IMG/VR virus record: IMGVR_UViG_3300034101_003866 | Coordinates: 32,001 to 96,000 of that record | Length of the DNA: 64,000 bases | Strand: one strand, 5' to 3' | Source of the DNA: a virus | Program-made: the position numbers and the translations under genes | Notes under the pieces: model-generated | What the model saw: only the letters and a program-made list of their open reading frames with translations | The model's database searches: none | What the model was told of the DNA's origin: nothing | Shown: piece by piece, positions 44,297 through 53,754 of the stretch | Layout: the number at the start of each line of letters is the position of its first letter | How positions within the stretch are numbered: the stretch's first letter is position 1

Positions 44297-45922
44297 ATGG
44301 GTAAGTTTTTTACTTTTGATTGTGGTTGTAAGTTTCCGGTTATAAACGATAATGAGAATTTTCCAAGAATAGATTTTTCTCCAAAATTATCTAATATCAA
44401 CCTTAACTGTGAAAAAACATGGGATTTAATATCTCTTGGTAATACCAAGGGATGTTTTCAGCTAGAGTCCAGACTAGGCCAAACAATGGCCAGAAAACTC
44501 AAGCCCCATAATATTGAGCAGTTATCCGGGTTGATTAGTATTCTCAGGCCAGGATGTCTTGAGGCTATGAGAGATGGTAAAAGCGTATCAAACCATTATA
44601 TTGATAAAAAAAATGGATTGGCGTCTATTGACTATTTCCATACTGCTTTAGAACCTATTCTTAAAGATACATATTCTGAAATGATTTATCAAGAACAGGC
44701 GATGTCTATTGCTAAAGAATTAGCTGGATTTAATCTTAAAGAAGCAGACGATCTTAGAAAAGCAATTGGCAAAAAACAAGCAGATAAAATGGCTAAGGTT
44801 AAAGAACAATTTATTATTGGTTCTAAAAATAAGGGACTAATAAATGAAAAGGAAGCAGAACAAATTTTTGAATGGATTGAAAAAAGTCAAAGATATTTAT
44901 TTAATGCTAGTCATTCTATTAGTTATGCAATGAATGCTTATTTATCTGCGTATGCTAAGGCGCATTTTCCAAGAGTCTTTTTTGCTTCGTATCTTAGGTT
45001 TGCCAAAGATAAAATAGATCCTCAACAAGAGATTAAAGAGTTGGTTAGAAATGCTATTGAAATGGATATTGAAATAAGAATACCAGACTTTAGAAATTTG
45101 AACGAATTATTCATACTCAAGGATAAAAAGATATATTTTGGATTAACAGACATTAAAGGTGTTGGTAACTCAGTATATAAAAAGATTATTGATCTTGTTA
45201 AGAATTGTGATGTTAATGAATTATCTTGGTCACAAACCATGTCTATAGTTCTTTTAAATATAAACTCTATTGCGGCCAAAGCAATGATTAGTTGTGGGGC
45301 ATTTGACTATTTTAAAAAGAATAGATCAGAATTGTTATTTGAATATGAAATATGCAGTGGATTAACAAAGAAAGAGTTGGGGTCTTTTAAGGACTATATA
45401 TCTGTTAACTCTGATGCTGGAATATTAGATATATTAAGATATATATATGACAATACTAAGCTAATAAAAGGCAGGAAAGAGGCTATTAATAATTATATAC
45501 AATCTATGATACGTCCTCCGTATTCTTTGGTTGATAAAATAGAATGGCTATCTGATTCAGAAAATGGCCTACTTGGGGTGGGAATTACTTGTTCCAAATT
45601 AGATGTTTATGATGTAAGTTCTGCGAATTGTAATTGTAAAACTTTTAAAACGTCTTTAATTAAAGATAACATTATATTAGTTGGTGAAATTTCTAATATC
45701 AATGTTACCAAAACAAAAAATGGTAAAAACCCTGGATTAGAGATGGCATTTGTAACGATTGAGGACCAGTTTGGTACGCTAGATACTGTGGTCTTTTTTC
45801 CAGAACCATTTTCTCAATATAGATCGTATTTATTTATAGGAAGCATACTTGTATTTTCTGGTAATCGTAGCAAGTCGAAGGATGGGCTGATTGTGGAGAA
45901 GTGCTTTAATCCAGTTTCTTGA
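44297..45922 (+). CDS. dnaE: DNA polymerase III alpha part 3 (fingers, HhH, OB fold), no intein
   Basis: GNTKGCFQLES, LRPG, IYQEQ.M, LAGF...EADDLRKAIGKK, FNASHS..YA, KAHFP..F, IYFGL..IKGVG, MAFVTIED. Confidence 0.95.
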   Translation: MGKFFTFDCGCKFPVINDNENFPRIDFSPKLSNINLNCEKTWDLISLGNTKGCFQLESRLGQTMARKLKPHNIEQLSGLISILRPGCLEAMRDGKSVSNHYIDKKNGLASIDYFHTALEPILKDTYSEMIYQEQAMSIAKELAGFNLKEADDLRKAIGKKQADKMAKVKEQFIIGSKNKGLINEKEAEQIFEWIEKSQRYLFNASHSISYAMNAYLSAYAKAHFPRVFFASYLRFAKDKIDPQQEIKELVRNAIEMDIEIRIPDFRNLNELFILKDKKIYFGLTDIKGVGNSVYKKIIDLVKNCDVNELSWSQTMSIVLLNINSIAAKAMISCGAFDYFKKNRSELLFEYEICSGLTKKELGSFKDYISVNSDAGILDILRYIYDNTKLIKGRKEAINNYIQSMIRPPYSLVDKIEWLSDSENGLLGVGITCSKLDVYDVSSANCNCKTFKTSLIKDNIILVGEISNINVTKTKNGKNPGLEMAFVTIEDQFGTLDTVVFFPEPFSQYRSYLFIGSILVFSGNRSKSKDGLIVEKCFNPVS

Positions 45923-45946
45923 CAGTCTACGGCGGTGGTTTATAAT
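45919..45946 (+). promoter_or_regulatory. Sigma70-type promoter TTGACA-N16-TATAAT
   Basis: Perfect hexamers upstream of ssb (TAAGGAG SD). Confidence 0.75.
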
Positions 45947-45984
45947 ATGGTAGTTGCGAGTTTTCTTTCTTAAGGAGTTGATTT

Positions 45985-46356
45985 ATGAATATTACGTTGC
46001 TAAAGGGTAATCTTGCTAGGGATCCAGAACTAAGAAATGTAAATACTGGAGGAAAGCAAACATCAGTAGTTAATTTTACTGTTGCTGTTTCTCGTGAGTA
46101 TACAAAGGCTAGTGGAGACAAGGATAAGATTACTTCCTTTATAAATTGCGAAGCATGGGATAGCGGTGCTGAGATGATTGCTGAGTCATTCAAGAAGGGC
46201 GATTTGGTTATGGTCGAAGGATCTCTTAGAAATGATTCGTGGGAAAAGGATGGAGTTAAGCACAGTAGTCTAAAGGTTAGAGTAAATAACTTTTCAAAGA
46301 TTACAAGACTTTCTAAGAATTCCAGACAGGATTCACAAGAGCCGGTGGCATTCTGA
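45985..46356 (+). CDS. ssb: Single-stranded DNA-binding protein
   Basis: GNLARDPELR, FTVAV, FINCEAW, KGDLV.VEGSL...W, short acidic tail ending in F. Confidence 0.95.
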   Translation: MNITLLKGNLARDPELRNVNTGGKQTSVVNFTVAVSREYTKASGDKDKITSFINCEAWDSGAEMIAESFKKGDLVMVEGSLRNDSWEKDGVKHSSLKVRVNNFSKITRLSKNSRQDSQEPVAF

Positions 46357-46381
46357 TAAAGATATTTAAACCCTTTTAAAG

Positions 46382-46414
46382 ATATGGGGGTGCTAATACC
46401 ACCCCTGTATTTTT
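46382..46414 (+). terminator. Rho-independent terminator after ssb
   Basis: atatgggggtg / cacccctgtat stem followed by a T-run. Confidence 0.65.
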
Positions 46415-46422
46415 ATCTTCTT

Positions 46423-48093
46423 ATGACAAAACCAAAACTTAAAATCTTGATGTGTTCTGAAGCCAGTTTCATAAATTCTGGTTTTGGAATTTATACTAAG
46501 GAGCTTCTTAATAGACTGTACGATACCAATAAGTACGATATAGCAGAATTTGCTTCGTATGGATTTGTTAATGATCCAAGAGATACTTCTATAAGATGGA
46601 AGTATTATGCTAATGCCGTAAAGGATGGAGATCCTAGACACAAAGAATATTCTTCTAGGGGAGATAACCAATTTGGAAGGTGGAGATTTGAAAAAGTTTT
46701 GTTGGATTTTAAGCCAGATGTTGTTATTGACATAAGAGATTATTGGATGACGGCTTATCAAAGAACGTCCCCACTACGTAAGTTTTTTCATTGGATACTT
46801 ATGCCAACAGTAGACTCTTCTCCACAACAAGAAGAATGGATTGATACTTTCTTAGACGCAGATGCTATATTTACATATTCTGATTGGGGTGCAAAAGTAT
46901 TACAAGACCAAGCATCTGGTAAAATCAACTATATCGATACAGCATCCCCAGGAATAGACTGTGATATTTTCAAGCCAAAAGACAGAAATACAATCAGATC
47001 AGCTTTTGGAATAAGTGAAAATAGTTTTGTTGTTGGTTCAGTAATGAGGAACCAAAAGAGAAAATTAATTCCTGAACTTTTTTCAACTTTCAGAATTGTT
47101 CTAGATAAATTAGAATCAAATAATAATAAAGAGCTAGCAGATAAAATGTTCCTGTATCTGCATACTAGCTATCCAGATATGGGATGGGATATACCAGAGA
47201 TACTAAGACAAAATAGACTAACCAATAAGGTATTGTTCACATATCTATGCAAAAATTGTGGTAATGTTTCTTGCTCAAAATTCCAAGGACCAACTAAAGT
47301 ATGTGAGAGATGTCTAGCAAAAGCCAGCGGCTTCCCATCTGTTACAGACGGGGTTAGCTCTGAGCAATTAAGTAATATATATAATATATTTGATATGTAT
47401 GTACAGTATTCTATTTGCGAAGGATTTGGTATGCCCCAAGTTGAGGCTGGTGCTTGCGGTGTCCCTATTGCTACAGTAAATTATAGCGCTATGTGTGACA
47501 TAGTAGATAAGTTGAATGCTTATCCTATAAAAATTAAATCAGCATTCAAAGAATTAGAGACCAAGGCTATAAGAGTATATCCAGACAATAATGATCTTGC
47601 TGAATACATTTTAGACCTAGCATCTCAACCAAAACCAGTTCTTAATAAAAAAAGATTTGAAACTCATGAATTGACACATAAATATTATGATTGGAACAAT
47701 GCTTTTAAGAAATGGGAAAAATATCTAGATAGTTTAGATTCCTCCGGCTATAGGTCAAATTGGAATGCTGGAGAATATCTGGAGCCATTAAATACCCAGA
47801 TCAATAATCCTAACAATAGTAATTTTGATAATCTTTTACATATTTTAAACGATAATATGAAAAATGCATCAATGATTGGGAGTCAAAAGATTCTAGAACT
47901 ATTGAACAGTTCAGATTATGGGTTTGTTCAAAATGGACCAACAAGTATTCTTGGATATAGTTTTCAAGATCTTAAAGAATATATTAGAACAAATATAGAG
48001 AATAATAACCAAGCAAAACAAGCCAAAGACAGTGATATTAAATTTGATGAAGATTTTATCTTATATGCAAAATTAAAGAATAAACAACAATGA
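46423..48093 (+). CDS. GT4 glycosyltransferase with inserted zinc ribbon
   Basis: SGFG.Y, RNQKRK, LYLHT, CKNC...CERC, EGFGMPQVEA (EX7E); ATG 46423 lies after the terminator. Confidence 0.85.
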   Translation: MTKPKLKILMCSEASFINSGFGIYTKELLNRLYDTNKYDIAEFASYGFVNDPRDTSIRWKYYANAVKDGDPRHKEYSSRGDNQFGRWRFEKVLLDFKPDVVIDIRDYWMTAYQRTSPLRKFFHWILMPTVDSSPQQEEWIDTFLDADAIFTYSDWGAKVLQDQASGKINYIDTASPGIDCDIFKPKDRNTIRSAFGISENSFVVGSVMRNQKRKLIPELFSTFRIVLDKLESNNNKELADKMFLYLHTSYPDMGWDIPEILRQNRLTNKVLFTYLCKNCGNVSCSKFQGPTKVCERCLAKASGFPSVTDGVSSEQLSNIYNIFDMYVQYSICEGFGMPQVEAGACGVPIATVNYSAMCDIVDKLNAYPIKIKSAFKELETKAIRVYPDNNDLAEYILDLASQPKPVLNKKRFETHELTHKYYDWNNAFKKWEKYLDSLDSSGYRSNWNAGEYLEPLNTQINNPNNSNFDNLLHILNDNMKNASMIGSQKILELLNSSDYGFVQNGPTSILGYSFQDLKEYIRTNIENNNQAKQAKDSDIKFDEDFILYAKLKNKQQ

Positions 48094-49088
48094 ATATCTT
48101 ATATATAGGACCATATCGACAAAAGGGCATCATTGGTATAACCTCTTTGTTTGTTTTAATCAATATATTATCTAAAGCAAATACCAATATTAGTTCAAGA
48201 CCAATCTATATCAATGGTTCTGAACCAATAGATATTGGGGACCCAACCGTACTATCGAGTGAAAAAAACAGATTCGATAATTATGATATGATTATCCAAC
48301 ATGTAGATCCGAAAGACTGCATTAAAATCCACTCTGTACAAAAAAATATAATCATACCAATTCTTAACGAAAGAATATTAGATGAAAATAGTATTAATAA
48401 ACTTACAGATTTTGATCTAGTACTAACAGACACAAAATGTTCTTATTCTAGAATTGCAAATACCACAAATAAGCTCTCAAGCAAAACAAAAAACTATGAT
48501 TATGATATTCCAATGTCCTCAATTCCAAAAAACCAATTCAATATAGGAACCTTGGACAATACTAAAAAATTGTATTTTATTGGGAGCTATAAACATAATA
48601 TAGCCAATATCAATTATCTGTGCAAATCGTTTATTAGAAATGTTATGAATAATGAATGCTCTTTGATATTATTTTTATTCGATATAGATGCAAAAATTAA
48701 AAACGATATTGAAAGTATGATAGCCAATATCTATGCAGAAAACAATATTAAATACGCCATTAACAGAGTCCTAGTTGCACCAATTGATCCGACACTAGAT
48801 AATATAGTTACTGCTCATCAAACTGGTCATATTTTTATTGACCTACAAGACGATAGTGGCAACACAGTGAATAATAAGTTTGCGGCAATTCTTAATAAAC
48901 CAGTTGTTTCATTTGGTTCTGATGACTATGAATATAATTATGACAGAAATCATACTATATATGATACTGGATGCACAGGCGTCTCGTATAAATCAATAGA
49001 GTCAAAAATTAAAAGAGCAATATCGGACAAGACGTATAGTGAACATGTAATCCCAGTTAAAAAACAACATATTAATAAAATCATATGA
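48090..49088 (+). CDS. Degenerate GT-B-like protein
   Basis: MNILYIGPYR, YD..IQH, YFIG, H..GHIFI..., KPV; no EX7E. Confidence 0.55.
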   Translation: MNILYIGPYRQKGIIGITSLFVLINILSKANTNISSRPIYINGSEPIDIGDPTVLSSEKNRFDNYDMIIQHVDPKDCIKIHSVQKNIIIPILNERILDENSINKLTDFDLVLTDTKCSYSRIANTTNKLSSKTKNYDYDIPMSSIPKNQFNIGTLDNTKKLYFIGSYKHNIANINYLCKSFIRNVMNNECSLILFLFDIDAKIKNDIESMIANIYAENNIKYAINRVLVAPIDPTLDNIVTAHQTGHIFIDLQDDSGNTVNNKFAAILNKPVVSFGSDDYEYNYDRNHTIYDTGCTGVSYKSIESKIKRAISDKTYSEHVIPVKKQHINKII

Positions 49089-49960
49089 GTATCACCAATT
49101 CTATTTTAAACATAGCATACGGAACATTAAATAATAGAATTAATATCCTTTATTCTCCTAGTTCTATGTTATTCGATAATATCCTTAATGATATTGATGA
49201 TATTAATTTATTTTTAGATGGAGACGAAGTATCTTCTTATTATTATGATTGTTATTTTTCTAATAATTTTTTAAATCATACAAATCATACTAAAAAACTA
49301 TCAAATCAAGCACACCTAAAAGATATTATAGCTTTTCATTCGCCTCCTCCTCCAAGTTTTAAAAAAGAAGATTTAGTACTATTACAGAATAATACTAGGA
49401 ATATCCATAAAATCTTTTTTGGTGAAGAGGTTATACGATCATGGAGATATCCTAAAGATAACAAAACAACGGTTATGAATTATGGTATTCCTGTAACTGA
49501 GCCATCAATTACAAGACATAAAAACGTTTTAATATTTAATCTAGAAAATAATCCACAAATAGACTCCTTGTATAAATCAGTATCTGCAAATATACCAAAT
49601 ACAGATATTCTTAAAACTATTAATTCAAATATATCAATTGATAATATTGGGAAATTTATATCAGAATATAAGGTCTGTATTGATCTTGGCAATATAGTTA
49701 ATAGTCTTTTTGCAATGTCTTGTGGAGTTGAATGTATCTCGCCAATTACAAATGATAAAGACAACCCACTTATGCACAGTATTAGAGATTTTAATAATAT
49801 ATTGAATATGATAACAGACATCTTATCAAAAAATATAAGCAATCAAGTACGAAACGAAGGCTCTGGCCTAGTTTATGAAAAATATAATTATAGTACATTT
49901 AAAAACAATATGGTGGAATACATGACTAATCTTAAAAACAATGAGATATTTTTACTATGA
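49085..49960 (+). CDS. Degenerate GT-B-like protein
   Basis: YGIP, YKV.I, AMSCG..., G...V.EKYN..F C-terminal GT4 pattern without catalytic Glu. Confidence 0.5.
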   Translation: MSITNSILNIAYGTLNNRINILYSPSSMLFDNILNDIDDINLFLDGDEVSSYYYDCYFSNNFLNHTNHTKKLSNQAHLKDIIAFHSPPPPSFKKEDLVLLQNNTRNIHKIFFGEEVIRSWRYPKDNKTTVMNYGIPVTEPSITRHKNVLIFNLENNPQIDSLYKSVSANIPNTDILKTINSNISIDNIGKFISEYKVCIDLGNIVNSLFAMSCGVECISPITNDKDNPLMHSIRDFNNILNMITDILSKNISNQVRNEGSGLVYEKYNYSTFKNNMVEYMTNLKNNEIFLL

Positions 49961-50373
49961 GCAGACATTATAATATCACACATAAAAACTATGTGCCCAA
50001 TAGTTCTAATAATATAAATATAGAGTTATCTGAACTTGATAAAATCATCAATCACTCGGCTGATGGTATCTACTGTTCCTGCTTAAATTATATAAAGATT
50101 GAAGAAATAGATACTATTTTTCATAAGGTGCTTAACAAGGTTAAGCCAACAGGAGTGATAATATTTAGTATTATAGATGTTAAAAAATATTCAAGCGACT
50201 TTTTACATAGCCAACTTGGTGGACAAGAATTTTTAAGCAAACTTAATGGCGTTCAATCCATACTATCTATAGAAGATGTATATACTAGAATTGATAATAA
50301 TTTTTTCAAAATCAAACAAATCTTACAAGAGGGTGGAACAATTGATGTTGCCCTAGAAAGGATTAAATTATGA
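49957..50373 (+). CDS. Truncated or degenerate methyltransferase-like protein
   Basis: D.I..., LNY, KVKPTG.I.F resemble the C-terminal half of class I MTases; no GxG motif. Confidence 0.4.
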   Translation: MSRHYNITHKNYVPNSSNNINIELSELDKIINHSADGIYCSCLNYIKIEEIDTIFHKVLNKVKPTGVIIFSIIDVKKYSSDFLHSQLGGQEFLSKLNGVQSILSIEDVYTRIDNNFFKIKQILQEGGTIDVALERIKL

Positions 50374-51125
50374 GTAATATTAATACGTCTTGTAAAAAAT
50401 GCTATTTTGCTCAGGAAACATCTTCTGAAAAGTCATGCGAATTTTATATTCCAGAAGCTATAGCTGCCAATAAAAAAATAGAAGTTATTGATAATTATAA
50501 CTATATTCATAACTATCTATGTAAATATGGATTGTCAAAAGACAAAGCCGATGAAATATCAACCAACAAAAGCGAGATTGATCTCAAAGTATATGCAAAA
50601 AGCAGAGTAGCTCCAGCTTATGATTTGTTTTGCATACTAAGTGATAATGATGATATAGAAAATATTTGTGATCATATTATAAAATTAGAGATTAAACCAG
50701 AACGTATAAATCTATCATTTAAACGAGACTATGACATGAAAAGGGCTCAGTCTGTTTGTGAGAAGATACTGGGCAATAAGATGTCTTGGAAATTACATTA
50801 TTTTCTGGAAGACAAACCAGCATATGAAACCTTACATATTGCAACATCCACAGATGATAAATTATCAAGCTGTAAATTTATATGGATAGTTAATCAAGCA
50901 ATATTAGAATCCGCTATCAACAAAGACAGTATCAATAGAATTAATTATATAGTTAATGTAGATCAGCCAGATACTGCTATTCTAATGAGTAAGATATCAG
51001 TAGATTATTTTTATGGGATATTCTTAACAATAGACAATATGAATGGAATATATAAAAATGTCAATCCCAACCTTGGGCAAGCAATAGAAGAATCGTATAA
51101 AGATACTATAGTATATTATGATTAA
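50370..51125 (+). CDS. Hypothetical protein
   Basis: N-terminal TSCKKCYFA..C cysteine cluster. Confidence 0.55.
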   Translation: MSNINTSCKKCYFAQETSSEKSCEFYIPEAIAANKKIEVIDNYNYIHNYLCKYGLSKDKADEISTNKSEIDLKVYAKSRVAPAYDLFCILSDNDDIENICDHIIKLEIKPERINLSFKRDYDMKRAQSVCEKILGNKMSWKLHYFLEDKPAYETLHIATSTDDKLSSCKFIWIVNQAILESAINKDSINRINYIVNVDQPDTAILMSKISVDYFYGIFLTIDNMNGIYKNVNPNLGQAIEESYKDTIVYYD

Positions 51126-51795
51126 TGCTTTAATACTAGTACCAGAAATTACCAAAGGAATGAAGTCGATAGGATCCAAATCCTTACTTGAAATCAAAAA
51201 AAAATTATCGGTATTAGACTATCAAATACAGTCAATTAGAAATATAGATAAAAATATTAAAATATCAATTTGTACAGGATTTGATTCTGAAAAAATTACT
51301 AATACAATTAGTGATAATTATGAAAACATTAATTATATATATAATGAACAATATAAAACAACCAATCAAGCACACTCTATAAAGATATATTTAGAACAAT
51401 ACGATAACTGTGAAAAACTATTAATTGTCTCAAATGGCGTCTTATTCAAAGATAAGTGCATAACTAAAAATATGTTAACTAATGAATGTAAAGTATTCAT
51501 TTTAAATAAAACTCGTGAAAATTTTAATCTTGGATGTTCAGAGCAACAGCATTTTGAATATCTCTTTTATGATCTGCCAGAACTATGGTCGGAATGTATC
51601 TATTTGAATAAAGAAGCATTGACAGTATTACGAAATTTATTTACAAGTAACTATACCACTCAAATGTATCTTTTTGAACTAATCAATGAAATGATAAATA
51701 AAAATATACTATTTAAAAAACAATATATTGATAAAAAATTAATTATGAAAATCTGCAATTTTAAGGATATGGCTAAGGCTAAAAATTTTATATGA
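51118..51795 (+). CDS. Degenerate sugar/choline-phosphate nucleotidyltransferase-like protein (LicC/GlmU fold)
   Basis: A.IL....GMKS.G.KSLL, LDYQI, I.TGF..EKI, YN..Y.TTN..HS; the GxGTR motif is lost. Confidence 0.7.
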   Translation: MINALILVPEITKGMKSIGSKSLLEIKKKLSVLDYQIQSIRNIDKNIKISICTGFDSEKITNTISDNYENINYIYNEQYKTTNQAHSIKIYLEQYDNCEKLLIVSNGVLFKDKCITKNMLTNECKVFILNKTRENFNLGCSEQQHFEYLFYDLPELWSECIYLNKEALTVLRNLFTSNYTTQMYLFELINEMINKNILFKKQYIDKKLIMKICNFKDMAKAKNFI

Positions 51796-52526
51796 CAACA
51801 TTATTAGTTCAAAACTCTAAATCTAAATTTATACAAAGCACTATATATTCTAATATTCCTAATATTAATATTATTGGATCTAATATAGATAATCACCTAT
51901 ATAAGATATACTATTCACATAATCCTACTCATGCTATATTTTGCGCTAACAGACTTACTGATGAAATTATTCAGTTCATATCTGACTTCGCTTCCTCAAA
52001 GATAAAATGTTTTATATATCATGAGAATTTATCTTTTGAGATTCTGGATAAATTAAAAGACCTATCAGTAATTAATATTAGTAGTATCAAGATTAAATCT
52101 GAATATCAATCTGTGTTATTGCCTAAAAATCTAGTTAATAGTCAGTTATTTTATAATAACCCATCCATAGTTAAGAAAGAATCAATAGTATGTTTCATGG
52201 ATAATTATGAGACTATTCCAGAAAGCATAAGCAATTACTTATATCCTAAAACAAATATTCCAATAAAATTATTTAATAATAATAGTATTGCCCATTATCA
52301 AAATCTTGGTCTACTAGACGAATCAAATAAAGCAAATATCTTACAATCTAATAAATATTATGTATCTATAGCAAATAATAAAAATGACTATTCTTTAGAG
52401 GCTAGTCTTTGTGGCAGTATAGTTCTTGATGTTGACCAAATTCAAAATTATGAAACAATAGAATATACAGAACCAAAAGACTATTACGATCTAGCAACTT
52501 TTATTAAAGAAAGTATTTTAATATGA
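51792..52526 (+). CDS. Degenerate GT-B-like protein
   Basis: NLG.L.E..KA.IL, LEA.LCG. Confidence 0.45.
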   Translation: MTTLLVQNSKSKFIQSTIYSNIPNINIIGSNIDNHLYKIYYSHNPTHAIFCANRLTDEIIQFISDFASSKIKCFIYHENLSFEILDKLKDLSVINISSIKIKSEYQSVLLPKNLVNSQLFYNNPSIVKKESIVCFMDNYETIPESISNYLYPKTNIPIKLFNNNSIAHYQNLGLLDESNKANILQSNKYYVSIANNKNDYSLEASLCGSIVLDVDQIQNYETIEYTEPKDYYDLATFIKESILI

Positions 52527-52978
52527 ATGATGTAGGTTTTATTTTGGTTAAACTTTTAAATGATGAAGTTCACGATAATATACTTTCTACTATCAAAGAA
52601 ATTGAAAAAAATAATCCATACGGACAAACTGTAATTTTCAATAGTTATTGCGAGAAGGCCAATCTGTATAATTTGCCAGTATTGCATTTAAGTCAATCAC
52701 AATTCTTTAATGGAACCTTATTTGTATTTGATTTACCTAGTGTTATACTTACTAATAAATTCCCAAATTTAAAGAAAAGAATATTGTATACCAATTCCTT
52801 GCCTTGGTCCAGTAATCCCGGCACCAGATACGAGGAATGGAAATCTCTTTATGATCAAGAGTCATTAGATATTTTAGTAAATAGTACCGACGTATATAAT
52901 ATATATAACATATGCTGGAAAAAACCAATAGGAATATCTGAAAGGTTTAATTATGAAGAAGTCTCAAAATTTATATGA
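52523..52978 (+). CDS. Hypothetical protein (possible GT N-terminal half)
   Basis: FNG.L, KRILY...L.W, IC W.KP. Confidence 0.45.
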   Translation: MNDVGFILVKLLNDEVHDNILSTIKEIEKNNPYGQTVIFNSYCEKANLYNLPVLHLSQSQFFNGTLFVFDLPSVILTNKFPNLKKRILYTNSLPWSSNPGTRYEEWKSLYDQESLDILVNSTDVYNIYNICWKKPIGISERFNYEEVSKFI

Positions 52979-53750
52979 CAGTTTGACAGATTCTGACAAA
53001 CTTGGACTATTACAAACTTTGTATATTGATCAAAAACATAGTTTCGCAGATATAGCGTCGATGCATGGAACTTATGCTAATAAAATCAGGCGAGACGCTA
53101 AAAGACTTAATTTAAATATTAGAGATAAATCAGAGGCCCAAAAGAATGCTTTGAGTACCGGTAAGCATGAACATCCAACCAAGGGTAAAAAAAGAAACGA
53201 CTCTGTTAAACAGAAAATAGGAAAGTCTGTTATGGACTCTTGGGATAATCTCACAAAAACAGAATTAGAACAAAGAAAACAGAAAGCTAAATTAGCTTGG
53301 GAAAAATTAGATGAAGATACTAAGATTAATATGCAGCAATCAGCAATGAAAGCAGTTAGAGAGTCCAGCAAAACAGGATCAAAATTAGAAAAATTCATAC
53401 ATAAAAAATTGTTGAGCTTAGGATATCAAGTTCAGTTTCATAAAGAGCAATCGTTGGTAAATACCAAGTTGCAGATTGATATCTTTTTGCCTACTATTAA
53501 TACGGCCATTGAGGTTGACGGTCCAAGTCATTTTGAACCAGTTTGGGGAGAAAAGAGTTTGGAACGTAATGTTGGATATGATCAAAAGAAAGAGGGCTTG
53601 ATAACTGGAAGAGGATGGCATCTGATTAGAATTAAGCAATTAAAAGATTATTCTCCTTCACGAGCATCATTGGTGGTTGAAAAATTGATACCAATTCTTG
53701 ATAAATGTTCAAATGAAAAAACTCCACAAAAAATAATAATAGAGGACTGA
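52953..53750 (+). CDS. Vsr/DUF559-like endonuclease with HTH and NUMOD3-like DNA-binding region
   Basis: SFADIA...TY..KIRR HTH, HPTKGKKR...K.KI, GSKLE, LQIDIF, AIEVDGPSHF, D.KK. Confidence 0.75.
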   Translation: MKKSQNLYDSLTDSDKLGLLQTLYIDQKHSFADIASMHGTYANKIRRDAKRLNLNIRDKSEAQKNALSTGKHEHPTKGKKRNDSVKQKIGKSVMDSWDNLTKTELEQRKQKAKLAWEKLDEDTKINMQQSAMKAVRESSKTGSKLEKFIHKKLLSLGYQVQFHKEQSLVNTKLQIDIFLPTINTAIEVDGPSHFEPVWGEKSLERNVGYDQKKEGLITGRGWHLIRIKQLKDYSPSRASLVVEKLIPILDKCSNEKTPQKIIIED

Positions 53751-53754
53751 TTTT

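Noticed and set aside
869-53639. Short minus-strand and alternate-frame ORFs in the track (e.g. 869..1054, 6980..7195, 32186..32599, 46393..46761)
   Set aside because: They overlap well-supported + strand genes, lack motifs and SD sites, and look like shadow ORFs
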